Assembly: GCA_900551445.1 (NCBI GenBank)
Contig: URWA01000001.1
Span: 69,141 to 133,140, forward strand
Length of the DNA stretch: 64,000 bases
Reading direction: 5' to 3'
From: an uncultured Bacteroides sp.
Lineage (GTDB): Bacteria; Bacteroidota; Bacteroidia; Bacteroidales; Bacteroidaceae
Shown here: in pieces, positions 28,062 through 38,618 of the stretch
Numbering within the stretch: the stretch's first letter is position 1
Layout: each line of letters begins with the position of its first letter
Position numbers and translations under genes: made by a program
The notes under the pieces: model-generated
What the model was told of the DNA's origin: nothing
Databases searched by the model: none
Seen by the model: only the letters and a program-made list of their open reading frames with translations

Positions 28062-29645
28062 TTATTTACGAATATTCAGCATTGGAGCTTCGGAACAGGC
28101 ATTGGGGGCCCGTATGCGCATAAAATGAGCTAATGTAGGAACAATTGCAGTGACCTTAACCGGGGAATACAATTTTTCCGGCTTTACGTCAAATCCCATA
28201 AAGACAAGAGGAGCCGTAGCATAAGCTGCCCGCATGACTTCTACCTTCTTGGAGTACTCGTTCACTACAGACCATCCCGGCATTACTTCCACATAGATAT
28301 CTCCCGAACAATTCGGATTATAGGTGTTACGAATCTTATCGATTTTCGGTGTCCAAGCCCCTAACAAAAGACGCTGTGCAGAATAGGCATTCTGAACCCC
28401 GCTCATCTGCACCACAAATTCCGCAGAACGAGACATCACTTCTACCAGATTCAGTTTTCTCTCTTCTATCAGTTTATGATTCAGATAAATCTGGCGGTCA
28501 TAATAAGTCTCTACATATTGTCCTTGACCGTAAATGGCCATCAGATACATATTCAACAGGGCTGCACAACGCTTGATATGGAATTCTCCCCCTGGAATCT
28601 TATATTTTTCAGGATCTACCGGATCCGGATCGCTATACCCGGTAGAAGTAATGAAAAACAATGTATTACGCAGTCCCACCTTACGGTCAATCAAATCCAG
28701 TAAATCACCCAGGCTGTTGTCCAGGCGAACATACATATCCTGGATTTCCATGGCATATTCCGAATTAGGCTTATGGTCGTAATTCCCGGCATAATATGAC
28801 AAAGTCAACAAGTCCGGAGCCGCATCCTGCCCTATCTGCGTACTATTCAGGCAAACATTGACCAAACGGTTCACTTCATCGTTCACATAAGGACTCGTTT
28901 TAAACTTCTTGTACTTATCTAAACGTTCATCTGAAAAATTATGCTTAAAGCTTAATTGTTTGGTTTCCGTTGTGATATACTGATAGGAAGTAACCGGAAG
29001 ATAAGGAAGCCACTCCAGATTATTGATACGAAAATCAAGCCCCTCCTTGTCGTTATAGTCGCTCACCCATACCGGACAATCTCCATAGTAGGTCGTACCA
29101 GACCATTTCCCGGTTTCATCATTCAGCCAAAATGCTCCGTCCGCAGCATGTCCTGCCGCCAGAACAGCCATTTCACGTGTAGGGGCAATAGAATAAACTT
29201 CAGCCCGTCCCTGAGTAGCAACTTTCAGTTCATCTGAAAGCGTAGAACACTGTAACCGCTTAGCCGATGAGTTTTCAGAAGTATAAACTCCCATAAAACT
29301 TTGGTCATCCACAGACTTAATAATCCGTAAAGAGTTACGGTCCATCCATCGGTTAGCTGGTATGCCATTATAATAGGGAGTCGTTCCTGTATAAATAGAA
29401 GCCGTAGCTGAAGAACGGTCGACATTGATAAAATCATATTCAGCATTTGTATAGATTCGTCCTTCTTTTAAAAGGCGCTTAAAACCTCTTTCCCCATACA
29501 ATGCCGAAAAAGCCTCTATATAATCTGCCCGTAATTGATCAATCGTCAAACCAACCACCAATCTGGGTACGGGGGTTGGAGATTGAGACTGAATGCCGGT
29601 AATGACAAATACCGTCAATAAAGATGTCAGTATGCGTTCTTTCAT
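28062..29645 (-). CDS. Alkaline phosphatase (PafA)-family protein with an apparently degenerate active site
   Basis: PRLVVGLTIDQLR, GFKRLLKEG, ASIYTGTTP, AGHAADGAFW; canonical TAPGH and TADHG motifs absent. Confidence 0.8.
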   Translation of the reverse strand: MKERILTSLLTVFVITGIQSQSPTPVPRLVVGLTIDQLRADYIEAFSALYGERGFKRLLKEGRIYTNAEYDFINVDRSSATASIYTGTTPYYNGIPANRWMDRNSLRIIKSVDDQSFMGVYTSENSSAKRLQCSTLSDELKVATQGRAEVYSIAPTREMAVLAAGHAADGAFWLNDETGKWSGTTYYGDCPVWVSDYNDKEGLDFRINNLEWLPYLPVTSYQYITTETKQLSFKHNFSDERLDKYKKFKTSPYVNDEVNRLVNVCLNSTQIGQDAAPDLLTLSYYAGNYDHKPNSEYAMEIQDMYVRLDNSLGDLLDLIDRKVGLRNTLFFITSTGYSDPDPVDPEKYKIPGGEFHIKRCAALLNMYLMAIYGQGQYVETYYDRQIYLNHKLIEERKLNLVEVMSRSAEFVVQMSGVQNAYSAQRLLLGAWTPKIDKIRNTYNPNCSGDIYVEVMPGWSVVNEYSKKVEVMRAAYATAPLVFMGFDVKPEKLYSPVKVTAIVPTLAHFMRIRAPNACSEAPMLNIRK

Positions 29646-30856
29646 TATTTCTTATTCAAAACTAATACATGGCTTGCAGCATTTACTAACAAACCGAGTG
29701 CCAAAGGTAATACTGTTAAATTAAATTTTTGCGGTAATAGCAGGAATAACAGCATAAAAAGTGTTAAATACACAAGATTCGCCGAATGATACCAGTCTTT
29801 TTTATGTTTTATATCATGATAAACCATAAAAGGAAGGTAAAACAAAGGAATCGGATTAAACAGCAGCAAGAGCCAGTTTGAACCTACTGTCGGATGGGAT
29901 GACACAAAAAACAGGAAAGCGATAATGCAGCCCGCAATTCCCTGGGCCGCATAAAGCAACACGTCCCAACCCCAGAATATACATTTCTTTTTCCATTGCC
30001 AGAAACCAATCAGCACATTTAGCAGTAAGAACACTGCCCCCGCCCCCATTGGGGTCAAGCCAAAAGCCGCCTCTGGTTCCGGAGTCACATCCACAATCTT
30101 CTCTTCCCTCAAGACAAACGGACGGGTATTTCCTTCCGCATCCCGAATGTAAGCACCATCTGCAAAATAACGCATGTAAAAAGGAGCAAACATCTGTTTC
30201 CTGACATCAATCGCTTTATCAGCTTCCGCCCCCAAACACAAATCAATTCCCAACTCGTCCCATGGAGAATCCCCCGTAAATTCATGCACAATTCCACGGA
30301 ATGTCTTCACCCACTCCACGGAAGGATATACCACCTCCCCCTGGATACTCTTTTCTATCTGGTCACGCGCACGAGTCGTACAATTATCATAAAAATAATT
30401 ATAACGATAGATTCTATTTTCCGGAAGATAATTATCCTGAAGCAACCGTAACAATGTTTGCTTTTCCGAAGGCGTCAGGTTCAAGACTTGCTGATATACC
30501 GAAGAGCCACGCAAAGCGTATTCCGCTTCAAAATAAGGAAAAGGTGTAATACCTAACTGATAATCCGTCTCTCCTTTCACAAAGCGATAGATAAAATTGG
30601 GGGTATTAAAACTAAACATCCCGTAATTGAACACCAAATCCACCCCCTGAGAAAAATTCTGGTAACGAATAGCCGTATGACCAAAAAGCGCATAAATCTC
30701 ATGGCCTGGCGCACAGGTCAACAGACTAAATTGAATACTATCATTTTGTGAAGGTGCCACCGTACCTGTCCGGACATCGCCATACATTTTCATAGGAGAA
30801 GCCAATTGAATCAGTCCTATGACACATAACAATAAATAGATAAATTTCCGCTTCAT
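29645..30856 (-). CDS. lnb: DUF4105 protein, Lnb-type lipoprotein N-acyltransferase (probable start MKRKFI at 30856)
   Basis: LLTCAPG.EIYALFGHTAIR, FNYGMF, YRYNYFYDNCTTR followed by about 5 C-terminal TMs. Confidence 0.8.
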   Translation of the reverse strand: MKRKFIYLLLCVIGLIQLASPMKMYGDVRTGTVAPSQNDSIQFSLLTCAPGHEIYALFGHTAIRYQNFSQGVDLVFNYGMFSFNTPNFIYRFVKGETDYQLGITPFPYFEAEYALRGSSVYQQVLNLTPSEKQTLLRLLQDNYLPENRIYRYNYFYDNCTTRARDQIEKSIQGEVVYPSVEWVKTFRGIVHEFTGDSPWDELGIDLCLGAEADKAIDVRKQMFAPFYMRYFADGAYIRDAEGNTRPFVLREEKIVDVTPEPEAAFGLTPMGAGAVFLLLNVLIGFWQWKKKCIFWGWDVLLYAAQGIAGCIIAFLFFVSSHPTVGSNWLLLLFNPIPLFYLPFMVYHDIKHKKDWYHSANLVYLTLFMLLFLLLPQKFNLTVLPLALGLLVNAASHVLVLNKK

Positions 30857-31037
30857 AAATTTATACCCATCCATCAGCCGACAGAATTCTCTGCCTGCAC
30901 CTGAATAATACATAATATTCTTTTTTCGCATGCAAAAATACATGGAATCTTGCAGACCAACGAAATAAATAATCAGTTTTATTGACGTACATATTCAAAT
31001 TTTGCCTTACTTTGCAATCAAAACAAAGCAGACAAAA

Positions 31038-31763
31038 GTGAATCTAGTAATTGATATTGGCAATACTGTAGCAAAATTGGCAGTATTCGAGGGTGATAAA
31101 GTGGTGGAAGTGTTAAGAGGCTCCAACCATTCGCTAGACTGGCTGTCAATGTTATGCAACAAGTATCCAATTAAAAGAGGTATCATTGCATCAGTCATTA
31201 CGCTTAGCAATACCATACGGCGACAATTGGCGGGAGTTCCATTTGAAATCATAGAATTAAACCACCAGACACCTGTTCCTATCCGTAACCTGTATAAAAC
31301 ACCAGAGACTCTGGGAATGGACAGGCTGGCTGCCGTAGTAGGCGCAAACTATCAGGCTCCAGGTAAGAATCTGCTGGTAATCGACGCGGGCACCGCCCTT
31401 ACCTATGAATTTATTGACGCAGAAGGTAATTACCGGGGTGGCAATATTTCACCAGGACTGTACACCCGTTTTAAGACTTTAAACGCCTGCTGTGACAAAC
31501 TTCCTTTAATTGAAAGAAAAGGGGAAACTCCTGAATTCGGTTTCGATACAGAAACAGCTATCCGGGCCGGAGTAATCAGAGGAATTGAATTTGAAATTAT
31601 CGGCTATATCACTCTTCTGCAAAAGAAATATCCCGACCTTTTGGTTTTTTTAACTGGAGGAGATAAATTTTCTTTTGATACAAATTTAAAAAGTATCATC
31701 TTTGCAGATAGATTTTTAGTATTGAAAGGTTTAAACAGAATATTGAATTATAATGTTAAGTAA
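31038..31763 (+). CDS. coaX: Type III pantothenate kinase (GTG start at 31038)
   Basis: IDIGNT, LGMDR, VIDAGTA, GGNISPG, TGGD, LVLKGL. Confidence 0.95.
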   Translation: MNLVIDIGNTVAKLAVFEGDKVVEVLRGSNHSLDWLSMLCNKYPIKRGIIASVITLSNTIRRQLAGVPFEIIELNHQTPVPIRNLYKTPETLGMDRLAAVVGANYQAPGKNLLVIDAGTALTYEFIDAEGNYRGGNISPGLYTRFKTLNACCDKLPLIERKGETPEFGFDTETAIRAGVIRGIEFEIIGYITLLQKKYPDLLVFLTGGDKFSFDTNLKSIIFADRFLVLKGLNRILNYNVK

Positions 31764-33024
31764 AAAGATACTTGTGGGTTCATGGTTTATAGCAAGTGCC
31801 ACTATTGTGAGTGCACAAATAAGTACCAATTCACCTTATACGCGTTATGGATTAGGAGACATGTTTGACCAAAGCTTCACGAATAACTCGGCAATGGGAG
31901 GAGTGGGATATGCGCTCAGAACAAGTGAACATATAAACGCTATGAATCCAGCATCCTATACAGCTGTAGATTCACTTTCCTTCATTTTCGATGTAGGAAT
32001 GTCACTAAAAAGCTCAAATTTTCAGGAAGGACAATACAAAGCAAATGCAAAAAACTCCAGTTTTGACTATATCGGTATGCAGTTCAGGCTCCATCCTCGA
32101 TTGGGAATGACTATCGGATATACTCCATTTTCTACTGTAGGATACAACTTCACCCGAACCAAATCGATAGAAAACAGCAGCGATGTCACCCTCTCTAATA
32201 ATTTTTATGGTGACGGAGGTCTGCAACAAATTTTCGGAGGATTAGGTATCAAGCTCTTTGACAACTTGTCGATTGGTGCCAACATCGGTTATTTATATGG
32301 CAAACTAAAATACCAGACTACGGCAACCCTCAGCAACGGAGGAGACCAGACCATCACTTATAACACGGTATCTATAAGCAGCTATCATGCAAGCTTCGGC
32401 CTCCAATACACCCAGCCGATTAATAAAGAAAATGAAATGACACTGGGATTGACCTACAGTTTGGGACACGTACTTAATGGCCACGACATCCAAGGTACTC
32501 AGATAACCAATGGAAGCAACTACTCCGTAGTCAGTGAACAGCAAATAAACGACTCTTATGGAATACCCCATACCTATGGAGCCGGACTGGGATGGAAACA
32601 TAAAAAAAATCTGACAATCGAAGCGGATTACACACTCCAGAAATGGGGCGGAGTAAAATATAACAACCGGACAGATTTATATCAAGATCGCACTAAGGTT
32701 GCTGTGGGAGCAGAATTTCTGCCCAAAGAATACGGACGAAATTACTTCAGCCGTGTACGATACAGACTCGGTGCCTATTATGCGAACTCTAATCTCCAGA
32801 TACCTGTCGCTGAAAATATGGTAGAAGGACCGAAAGAATATGGAGTAACCTTTGGATTCGGACTACCTTTGAAACTCTATCAACGAAACAGTGTATTAAG
32901 CATTACCGGACAATACATTCATGCCAAACCGTCAGTAAGCGATATGCTATCGGAAAATCGGTTCGTCTTGAAAATAGGTCTGACATTCAACGAACACTGG
33001 TTCATGAAATGGAGAGTAAATTAA
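31753..33024 (+). CDS. Outer-membrane beta-barrel protein, FadL-like
   Basis: Signal peptide; [20 protein letters not shown]-terminal motifs; amphipathic strands. Confidence 0.75.
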   Translation: MLSKKILVGSWFIASATIVSAQISTNSPYTRYGLGDMFDQSFTNNSAMGGVGYALRTSEHINAMNPASYTAVDSLSFIFDVGMSLKSSNFQEGQYKANAKNSSFDYIGMQFRLHPRLGMTIGYTPFSTVGYNFTRTKSIENSSDVTLSNNFYGDGGLQQIFGGLGIKLFDNLSIGANIGYLYGKLKYQTTATLSNGGDQTITYNTVSISSYHASFGLQYTQPINKENEMTLGLTYSLGHVLNGHDIQGTQITNGSNYSVVSEQQINDSYGIPHTYGAGLGWKHKKNLTIEADYTLQKWGGVKYNNRTDLYQDRTKVAVGAEFLPKEYGRNYFSRVRYRLGAYYANSNLQIPVAENMVEGPKEYGVTFGFGLPLKLYQRNSVLSITGQYIHAKPSVSDMLSENRFVLKIGLTFNEHWFMKWRVN

Positions 33025-33063
33025 TATGAAAATAAACACAATGAACAACTAATCTTACATACG

Positions 33064-34425
33064 ATGAAAATGAAAATGTTTACAATGCTGTGTGCGTTAT
33101 CTTTAAGCGCTACAGCTACTTTCGCTCAAAAAGGAGTGGAAGATGGTTCTCGTTTCGGACACGGAGAAGATAGTCTCCGCTGTTTGCAAAACATCAGTAT
33201 TTACAGTGAATATGTAAAAACTGACAACTTTGTTGACGCATACAAGCCATGGATGGCTGTATTTACAGAAGCTCCTTTGGCTCAGGTTAGTACTTACACC
33301 AACGGTGCCAAAATCCTGCGTGCCCTGATTGCCAGTTCAAAAGATGCCGCACAACAAAAGAAGTATCTGGACGAATTGATGGCCGTACACGATCAGCGAA
33401 TCAAATACCTTGATGGTCTGAATCAGCTTGTAAAAACTCCTACCACTAAAGGTTCTATCCTGGGTATGAAAGCACATGACTACATTATGTTCTCTGGATC
33501 AAACATCGATGTAAACAAGGCCTATGAAATGACCAAAGAAGCAGTAGACTTGGAAAAGGCTGCTTCCGATTACTTCATGTTCCAGGACCTGATGGATATG
33601 TCTTCTCGCAAACTGAAAGGCGACGATGCGCACAAAGAACAATTCATCCAAGATTATCTGACTACTTCCGGCTATGCTGAAGAAGCTCTGAAAGCAGCAA
33701 CTAAAGAAAGAGACAAGAAATTACTGAAGACAGCCAAAGACAATGTAGATGCATACTTCATCAACAGTGGTGCCGCAAGCTGTGAAAACCTGCAGGCCAT
33801 CTATGGTCCGAAAGTAAGCCAGAACAAGAACAACTTGGAATACTTGAAACAAGTCATCAATGTGATGCAGATGTTGAAGTGTACAGAAGAGGAAGCTTAC
33901 TTCATCGCTTCTGAAGCTGCTCATGCTATTGAACCGACAGCAGCCACAGCAGCCGGATGTGCCTACATGTATTACAAGAAAGGCGACATGAACAAGAGTG
34001 TAGAATACTTTGACCAGGCTATCGAACTTGAACAAGATGCAGACAAGAAAGCCGACTATGCTTATAGCGCTGCAGTAGTATTGTTCAGCAAGAAACAGTT
34101 GAGCAAAGCAAAACAATACGCAAACAAAGCTCTTTCTTTCAACAGTAAATACGGTAAAGCTTATATCCTGATTGCACAAATGTACGCATCAAGTCCGAAC
34201 TGGAGTGACGAAGCTGCATTGAACAAATGTACTTATTTCGCCGCTATCGATAAATTACAGCGTGCTAAGAGCGTAGACCCGAGTGTGGCTGAAGAAGCTC
34301 AGAAACTGATCAACACGTATGCCGGACATACTCCGAAAGATGAAGACCTCTTCTTCCTGGGCTTGAAGAAAGGTAATTCTGTCACAATCGGTGGATGGAT
34401 TGGTGAAACTACAACCATCAGATAA
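33064..34425 (+). CDS. Periplasmic tetratricopeptide-repeat protein
   Basis: Signal peptide; helical repeats such as EYFDQAIELE and KQYANKALSFNSKYGKAYILIAQMY. Confidence 0.85.
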   Translation: MKMKMFTMLCALSLSATATFAQKGVEDGSRFGHGEDSLRCLQNISIYSEYVKTDNFVDAYKPWMAVFTEAPLAQVSTYTNGAKILRALIASSKDAAQQKKYLDELMAVHDQRIKYLDGLNQLVKTPTTKGSILGMKAHDYIMFSGSNIDVNKAYEMTKEAVDLEKAASDYFMFQDLMDMSSRKLKGDDAHKEQFIQDYLTTSGYAEEALKAATKERDKKLLKTAKDNVDAYFINSGAASCENLQAIYGPKVSQNKNNLEYLKQVINVMQMLKCTEEEAYFIASEAAHAIEPTAATAAGCAYMYYKKGDMNKSVEYFDQAIELEQDADKKADYAYSAAVVLFSKKQLSKAKQYANKALSFNSKYGKAYILIAQMYASSPNWSDEAALNKCTYFAAIDKLQRAKSVDPSVAEEAQKLINTYAGHTPKDEDLFFLGLKKGNSVTIGGWIGETTTIR

Positions 34426-34428
34426 TAT

Positions 34429-35049
34429 ATGTCAGCCAAATTCAAAAAGCACATATATAAACTATTTATAAACATAACAGTTGCCGCATGGGCAACTGTT
34501 ATGTTTCTTTTTGTTCCTGCATGCGGGAAAAAAGAACAACCCACAGCCGCCGCTGTAAAAGAAAGCGACTCCCTGCCCGATATGCGTACTACAGGAGTTA
34601 CCACACTCATTTCCGACTCCGGTATGATTCGCTATAAAATCATCACGGCAGAATGGCTCATTTACAGTCATAGGAACCCTCCTTTCTGGGCTTTCGAGAA
34701 AGGAATCTACCTAGAAAAATTCGACAGTCTTTTTCATGTGGATGCCAGCATCAAAGCAGATACGGCGTACTATTATGAGCCCAAAAAACTTTGGGAATTA
34801 CGTGGAAACGTACATATCCAGAGCCAACGGGGCGACAAATTCGATACCGAACTGATGTTCTGGGACCAGGACAAAGAAAAAATCTATTCAGACAAATTCA
34901 TCCGCATCGAACAAGTGGACAAAATACTGACTGGATACGGCTTTGAATCCAATCAGCAAATGACTGAATATCAAATCTATAACAATACAGGTATTTTTAC
35001 GGTAGAAGACAATGCTGCGCAAGCAGACAGCACACGAACTCCCAAATAA
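34429..35049 (+). CDS. lptC: LPS export periplasmic protein LptC
   Basis: TLISDSG, IKADTAYY, LWELRGNVHI, TELMFWDQDKEKIYSDKFIRI, GYGFESNQ. Confidence 0.85.
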   Translation: MSAKFKKHIYKLFINITVAAWATVMFLFVPACGKKEQPTAAAVKESDSLPDMRTTGVTTLISDSGMIRYKIITAEWLIYSHRNPPFWAFEKGIYLEKFDSLFHVDASIKADTAYYYEPKKLWELRGNVHIQSQRGDKFDTELMFWDQDKEKIYSDKFIRIEQVDKILTGYGFESNQQMTEYQIYNNTGIFTVEDNAAQADSTRTPK

Positions 35050-35060
35050 AACCATTCATT

Positions 35061-36317
35061 ATGGGACTTATCATCCAGTTACTTATATCTATGGCATTTT
35101 CCGCTTTCTTTTCCGGAATGGAAATTGCCTTCGTATCTTCCAATAAACTACGTTTTGAGATGGAAAAGACGAACAATGTGTCGTCTTATATCCTCTCCGT
35201 ATTCTATCGACATTCCAACAATTTCATCTCTACCATGCTGGTGGGAAATAACATAGCCTTGGTCATCTACGGTATCTTGATGGCCCAACTTATTGAACAT
35301 TATATACTTGCAGATGTTATTTCCAATCAAGCATTACTGGTATCGATAGAAACCATTATCTCTACCCTGATCATTCTTGTGACAGGAGAATTCATTCCAA
35401 AGACATTATTCAAGCTGAATCCGAATGCAACACTAAAGGCATTCAGCCTGCCTGCTTATATCTGCTATATTCTACTCTACCCCATCAGCCGTTTTTCATC
35501 TGTACTTTCCAGCGGTATTCTGCACCTCGTCGGAGTCAAGACCAATAAGGAAGACCGGGAAAAGGCTTTTACAAAAGTCGATTTGGACTATTTCATACAA
35601 AGCAGCATTGAAGAAGGGAAAGAAGGAGAAGAAATAGACAATGAAATCAAAATATTCCGCAATGCGCTCGATTTCTCTAATGTAAAGATACGCGACTGCA
35701 TGATTCCACGTACAGAAATCATTGCCGTAGATTCAGAGACCTCCCTTGCTGAGCTGAAAAAAGTATTTATAGAGAACGGAATCAGCAAAATTATCGTGTA
35801 CAAAGACAATATTGACAACATCATCGGCTACATCCATTCATCCGAAATGTTCAAAGGAACCACAGAATGGCAGAACAACATACGCAGTATTCCATTTGTT
35901 CCAGAAACCATGGCCGCACATAAGTTGATGCGCATCTTCAAGCAGCAGAAACGATCGCTGGCCGTAGTGGTAGATGAATTTGGAGGAGTTTCAGGCATTG
36001 TAGCACTCGAAGACTTGATAGAAGAAATCTTAGGTGACATAGAAGATGAACACGATACAACTTCTACGGTAGCCAAACAGATTTCAGAAAACGAATATAT
36101 CTTTTCCGGAAGAATGGACATAGAAAAAGCCAATGAGACATTCAACCTGAATCTGCCGGAAAGCGAAGATTACCAAACCATAGGCGGACTTATCCTCAAT
36201 GAGTGTCAAAGTATTCCCAAAGTAAACGAAGTCATCGAGATGGAAGGTTTCACTTTCAAAATTATCAAAGTGAGTGCCAACCGAATTGAACTGGTGAAGC
36301 TGATTACGCAGAAATAA
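35061..36317 (+). CDS. Hemolysin-family CNNM/CBS/CorC protein (TlyC/GldE-like)
   Basis: SAFFSGMEIAF, GEFIPK, MIPRTEI, VVDEFGG, EDLIEEILGDIEDEHD. Confidence 0.92.
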   Translation: MGLIIQLLISMAFSAFFSGMEIAFVSSNKLRFEMEKTNNVSSYILSVFYRHSNNFISTMLVGNNIALVIYGILMAQLIEHYILADVISNQALLVSIETIISTLIILVTGEFIPKTLFKLNPNATLKAFSLPAYICYILLYPISRFSSVLSSGILHLVGVKTNKEDREKAFTKVDLDYFIQSSIEEGKEGEEIDNEIKIFRNALDFSNVKIRDCMIPRTEIIAVDSETSLAELKKVFIENGISKIIVYKDNIDNIIGYIHSSEMFKGTTEWQNNIRSIPFVPETMAAHKLMRIFKQQKRSLAVVVDEFGGVSGIVALEDLIEEILGDIEDEHDTTSTVAKQISENEYIFSGRMDIEKANETFNLNLPESEDYQTIGGLILNECQSIPKVNEVIEMEGFTFKIIKVSANRIELVKLITQK

Positions 36318-36419
36318 GCATTTTTTTGAGAGAAAATAGCGACTAAACAGTATTTTTTGTATCTTCGTGCGCTAATAGCGGAAATATAAAAACAATAAAC
36401 AAAAAAATAATAACTTTAA

Positions 36420-38558
36420 ATGGCAACTTTACAAAAAATTCGAAGCAAAGGACCTTTATTGGTCATCGTAATCGGTCTTGCCCTTTTTGCATTCATTGCG
36501 GGAGACGCTTGGAAAGTGCTCCAGCCGCATCAAGGTAAACAAGACGTAGGAGAAGTGAACGGGGAAGTTCTCAGTGCACAGGATTATCAGAAAATGGTAG
36601 ATGAGCTCAGCGAAGTCATCAAACTGACAAACGGACTGAATTCTCTTACAGAAGATCAGTTGAACAACGTAAAAGATCAGGTATGGCAGAGCTACGTCAA
36701 CAACAAACTGATTGCTGAACAGGCTAAGAAACTGGGTCTGAAAGTGACAGATGCTGAAATCCAGGCTATCATCGACCAAGGAACCCACCCGTTGCTGATG
36801 CAGACTCCGTTCCGTAATCCGCAGACTGGCATGTTCGATAAAGATATGTTGAAGAAATTCTTGGTAGACTATGCCAATATGGACGCTAGCAAAATGCCGG
36901 CACAATATGTAGAATATTATCAGAAAATGGGTGCTTTCTGGAAATTCGTAGAAAAGACTCTTGCTGAAAGCACATTGGCCGAGAAATACCAGAACCTGAT
37001 TACAAAATCATTGATTTCAAACCCTGTATCTGCTGAAGACGCATTCAAGTCTCGTACAGAACAGAGCGATCTGCTGCTGGCCGGTGTTCCTTACAGTTCT
37101 ATCAGCGATTCAACTATTCAGGTTTCCGACAGCGAAATCAAGGACCGCTACAATGAAAAGAAAGAACAATTCAAACAGTTGGTTGAGACACGCGACATCC
37201 GCTACATCGATGTGAAAGTTGTTCCATCGGATGCAGACCGCAAGGCTGTTGAAAAAGAAGTGACAGAATACAGCAACCAGCTGGCCAATACAACCACTGA
37301 CTTCGGAACCTTCGTACGCTCTACAGGTTCTTCTGTAAACTATTCAGATGTTCCGGTTAAAAAGACGGTATTCCCTGCCGATGTGGCTGCCCGTCTTGAC
37401 TCTACAGGCGTAAATGAAGTATATGGTCCTTACTACAATCAGACAGATGACTCTTACAATGCTTTCAAGGTATTGGCCAAAGTTTCTTCTCCTGATTCTA
37501 TCCAGTTCCGTCAGATTCAGGTATATGCCGACACAGAAGAAAAGACAAAGACCTTAGCCGACAGTATCTACACTGCCCTGAAAGGTGGAGCCGACTTCGC
37601 AGCTGTAGCCAAAATCTACGGACAGACAGGCGAAGCAACTTGGGTTAACTCACAAAGCTGGGAAGGTGCCGAATTGGATGCCGACAACAGCAAGTTCATC
37701 AACACCCTGCTCAATCAGCCGGTAAATGAACTGACCAACGTAAATATGGGACAGGCCAACCTGATTCTGCAGGTTATGGACAAAAAAGGCATGCAGACCA
37801 AATACAAAGTCGCTGTGGTAAAACGTCCGGTTGAATTCAGCAAAGAAACTTACAATGCAGCCTACAACAAATTCAGCCAGTTTGTAGCACAGAACACCAC
37901 CATCGAATCAATGGTCAAGAATGCAGAAGAAAGTGGTTATACCCTGACACCGCGTACCGACCTTTCCAGTGCAGAACACTATGTAGGTGGTGTACGTTCC
38001 ACTCGTGAAGCTTTGAAATGGATTTTCGCAGCAAAACCGGGTGAAGTTTCTCCGCTGTACGAATGTGGTGAAAACGACCACCTGATGGTAGTAGCCCTTG
38101 ACAAGATTCATGAAGCTGGTTACCGTGACATCAACTCTGTAGCAGAAATGCTGAAAAATGAAATCCGTCGCGACAAGAAAGCAGACCAGCTCATGGCTGA
38201 AATGAAGAAATACAACTCTATCGCTCAGGTTAAAGGCATGAAAGATGCGGTAAGCGATTCAGTAAAACACGTTACTTTCAGCGCACCGGCTTATATTTCA
38301 GTGACACGTGCCAGCGAACCGGTTATCGGTGCAGTAGCTGCCAAGACAGCTGTCAATCAGGTAAGTGCTCCTATCAAAGGTAATGCAGGAGTCTATATGA
38401 TTCAGGTATATGCCAAAGATAAGGGAAATGAAAAATTTGATGCCAAACAGGAAGAAGCTACATTGAACAACATGGCCGCACGTATCGTAGGAAGCCAGCT
38501 CATCAATGACCTGTATCAGAAGGCTAAAGTGGAAGATAAACGTTACCTATTCTTCTAA
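36420..38558 (+). CDS. ppiD: PpiD/SurA-family periplasmic chaperone / peptidyl-prolyl isomerase
   Basis: MATLQKIRSK plus N-terminal TM, SurA_N-like region, ADSIYTALKGGADFAAVAK rotamase-like segment. Confidence 0.85.
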   Translation: MATLQKIRSKGPLLVIVIGLALFAFIAGDAWKVLQPHQGKQDVGEVNGEVLSAQDYQKMVDELSEVIKLTNGLNSLTEDQLNNVKDQVWQSYVNNKLIAEQAKKLGLKVTDAEIQAIIDQGTHPLLMQTPFRNPQTGMFDKDMLKKFLVDYANMDASKMPAQYVEYYQKMGAFWKFVEKTLAESTLAEKYQNLITKSLISNPVSAEDAFKSRTEQSDLLLAGVPYSSISDSTIQVSDSEIKDRYNEKKEQFKQLVETRDIRYIDVKVVPSDADRKAVEKEVTEYSNQLANTTTDFGTFVRSTGSSVNYSDVPVKKTVFPADVAARLDSTGVNEVYGPYYNQTDDSYNAFKVLAKVSSPDSIQFRQIQVYADTEEKTKTLADSIYTALKGGADFAAVAKIYGQTGEATWVNSQSWEGAELDADNSKFINTLLNQPVNELTNVNMGQANLILQVMDKKGMQTKYKVAVVKRPVEFSKETYNAAYNKFSQFVAQNTTIESMVKNAEESGYTLTPRTDLSSAEHYVGGVRSTREALKWIFAAKPGEVSPLYECGENDHLMVVALDKIHEAGYRDINSVAEMLKNEIRRDKKADQLMAEMKKYNSIAQVKGMKDAVSDSVKHVTFSAPAYISVTRASEPVIGAVAAKTAVNQVSAPIKGNAGVYMIQVYAKDKGNEKFDAKQEEATLNNMAARIVGSQLINDLYQKAKVEDKRYLFF

Positions 38559-38580
38559 GCCTCCTCTTCTATATGAAATA

Positions 38581-38614
38581 AAAAAGTCCGGAAAGAGATT
38601 TCCGGACTTTTTTT
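38581..38614. terminator. Bidirectional terminator
   Basis: AAAAAGTCCGGAAA-GAGA-TTTCCGGACTTTTTTT. Confidence 0.9.
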
Positions 38615-38618
38615 ATGA

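Noticed and set aside
21931..38614. Shared AAAGTCCGGAAA...TTTCCGGACTTT stem in two terminators (21931 and 38583)
   Set aside because: Only a 12-bp stem is shared; two copies are not enough to call a repeat family.
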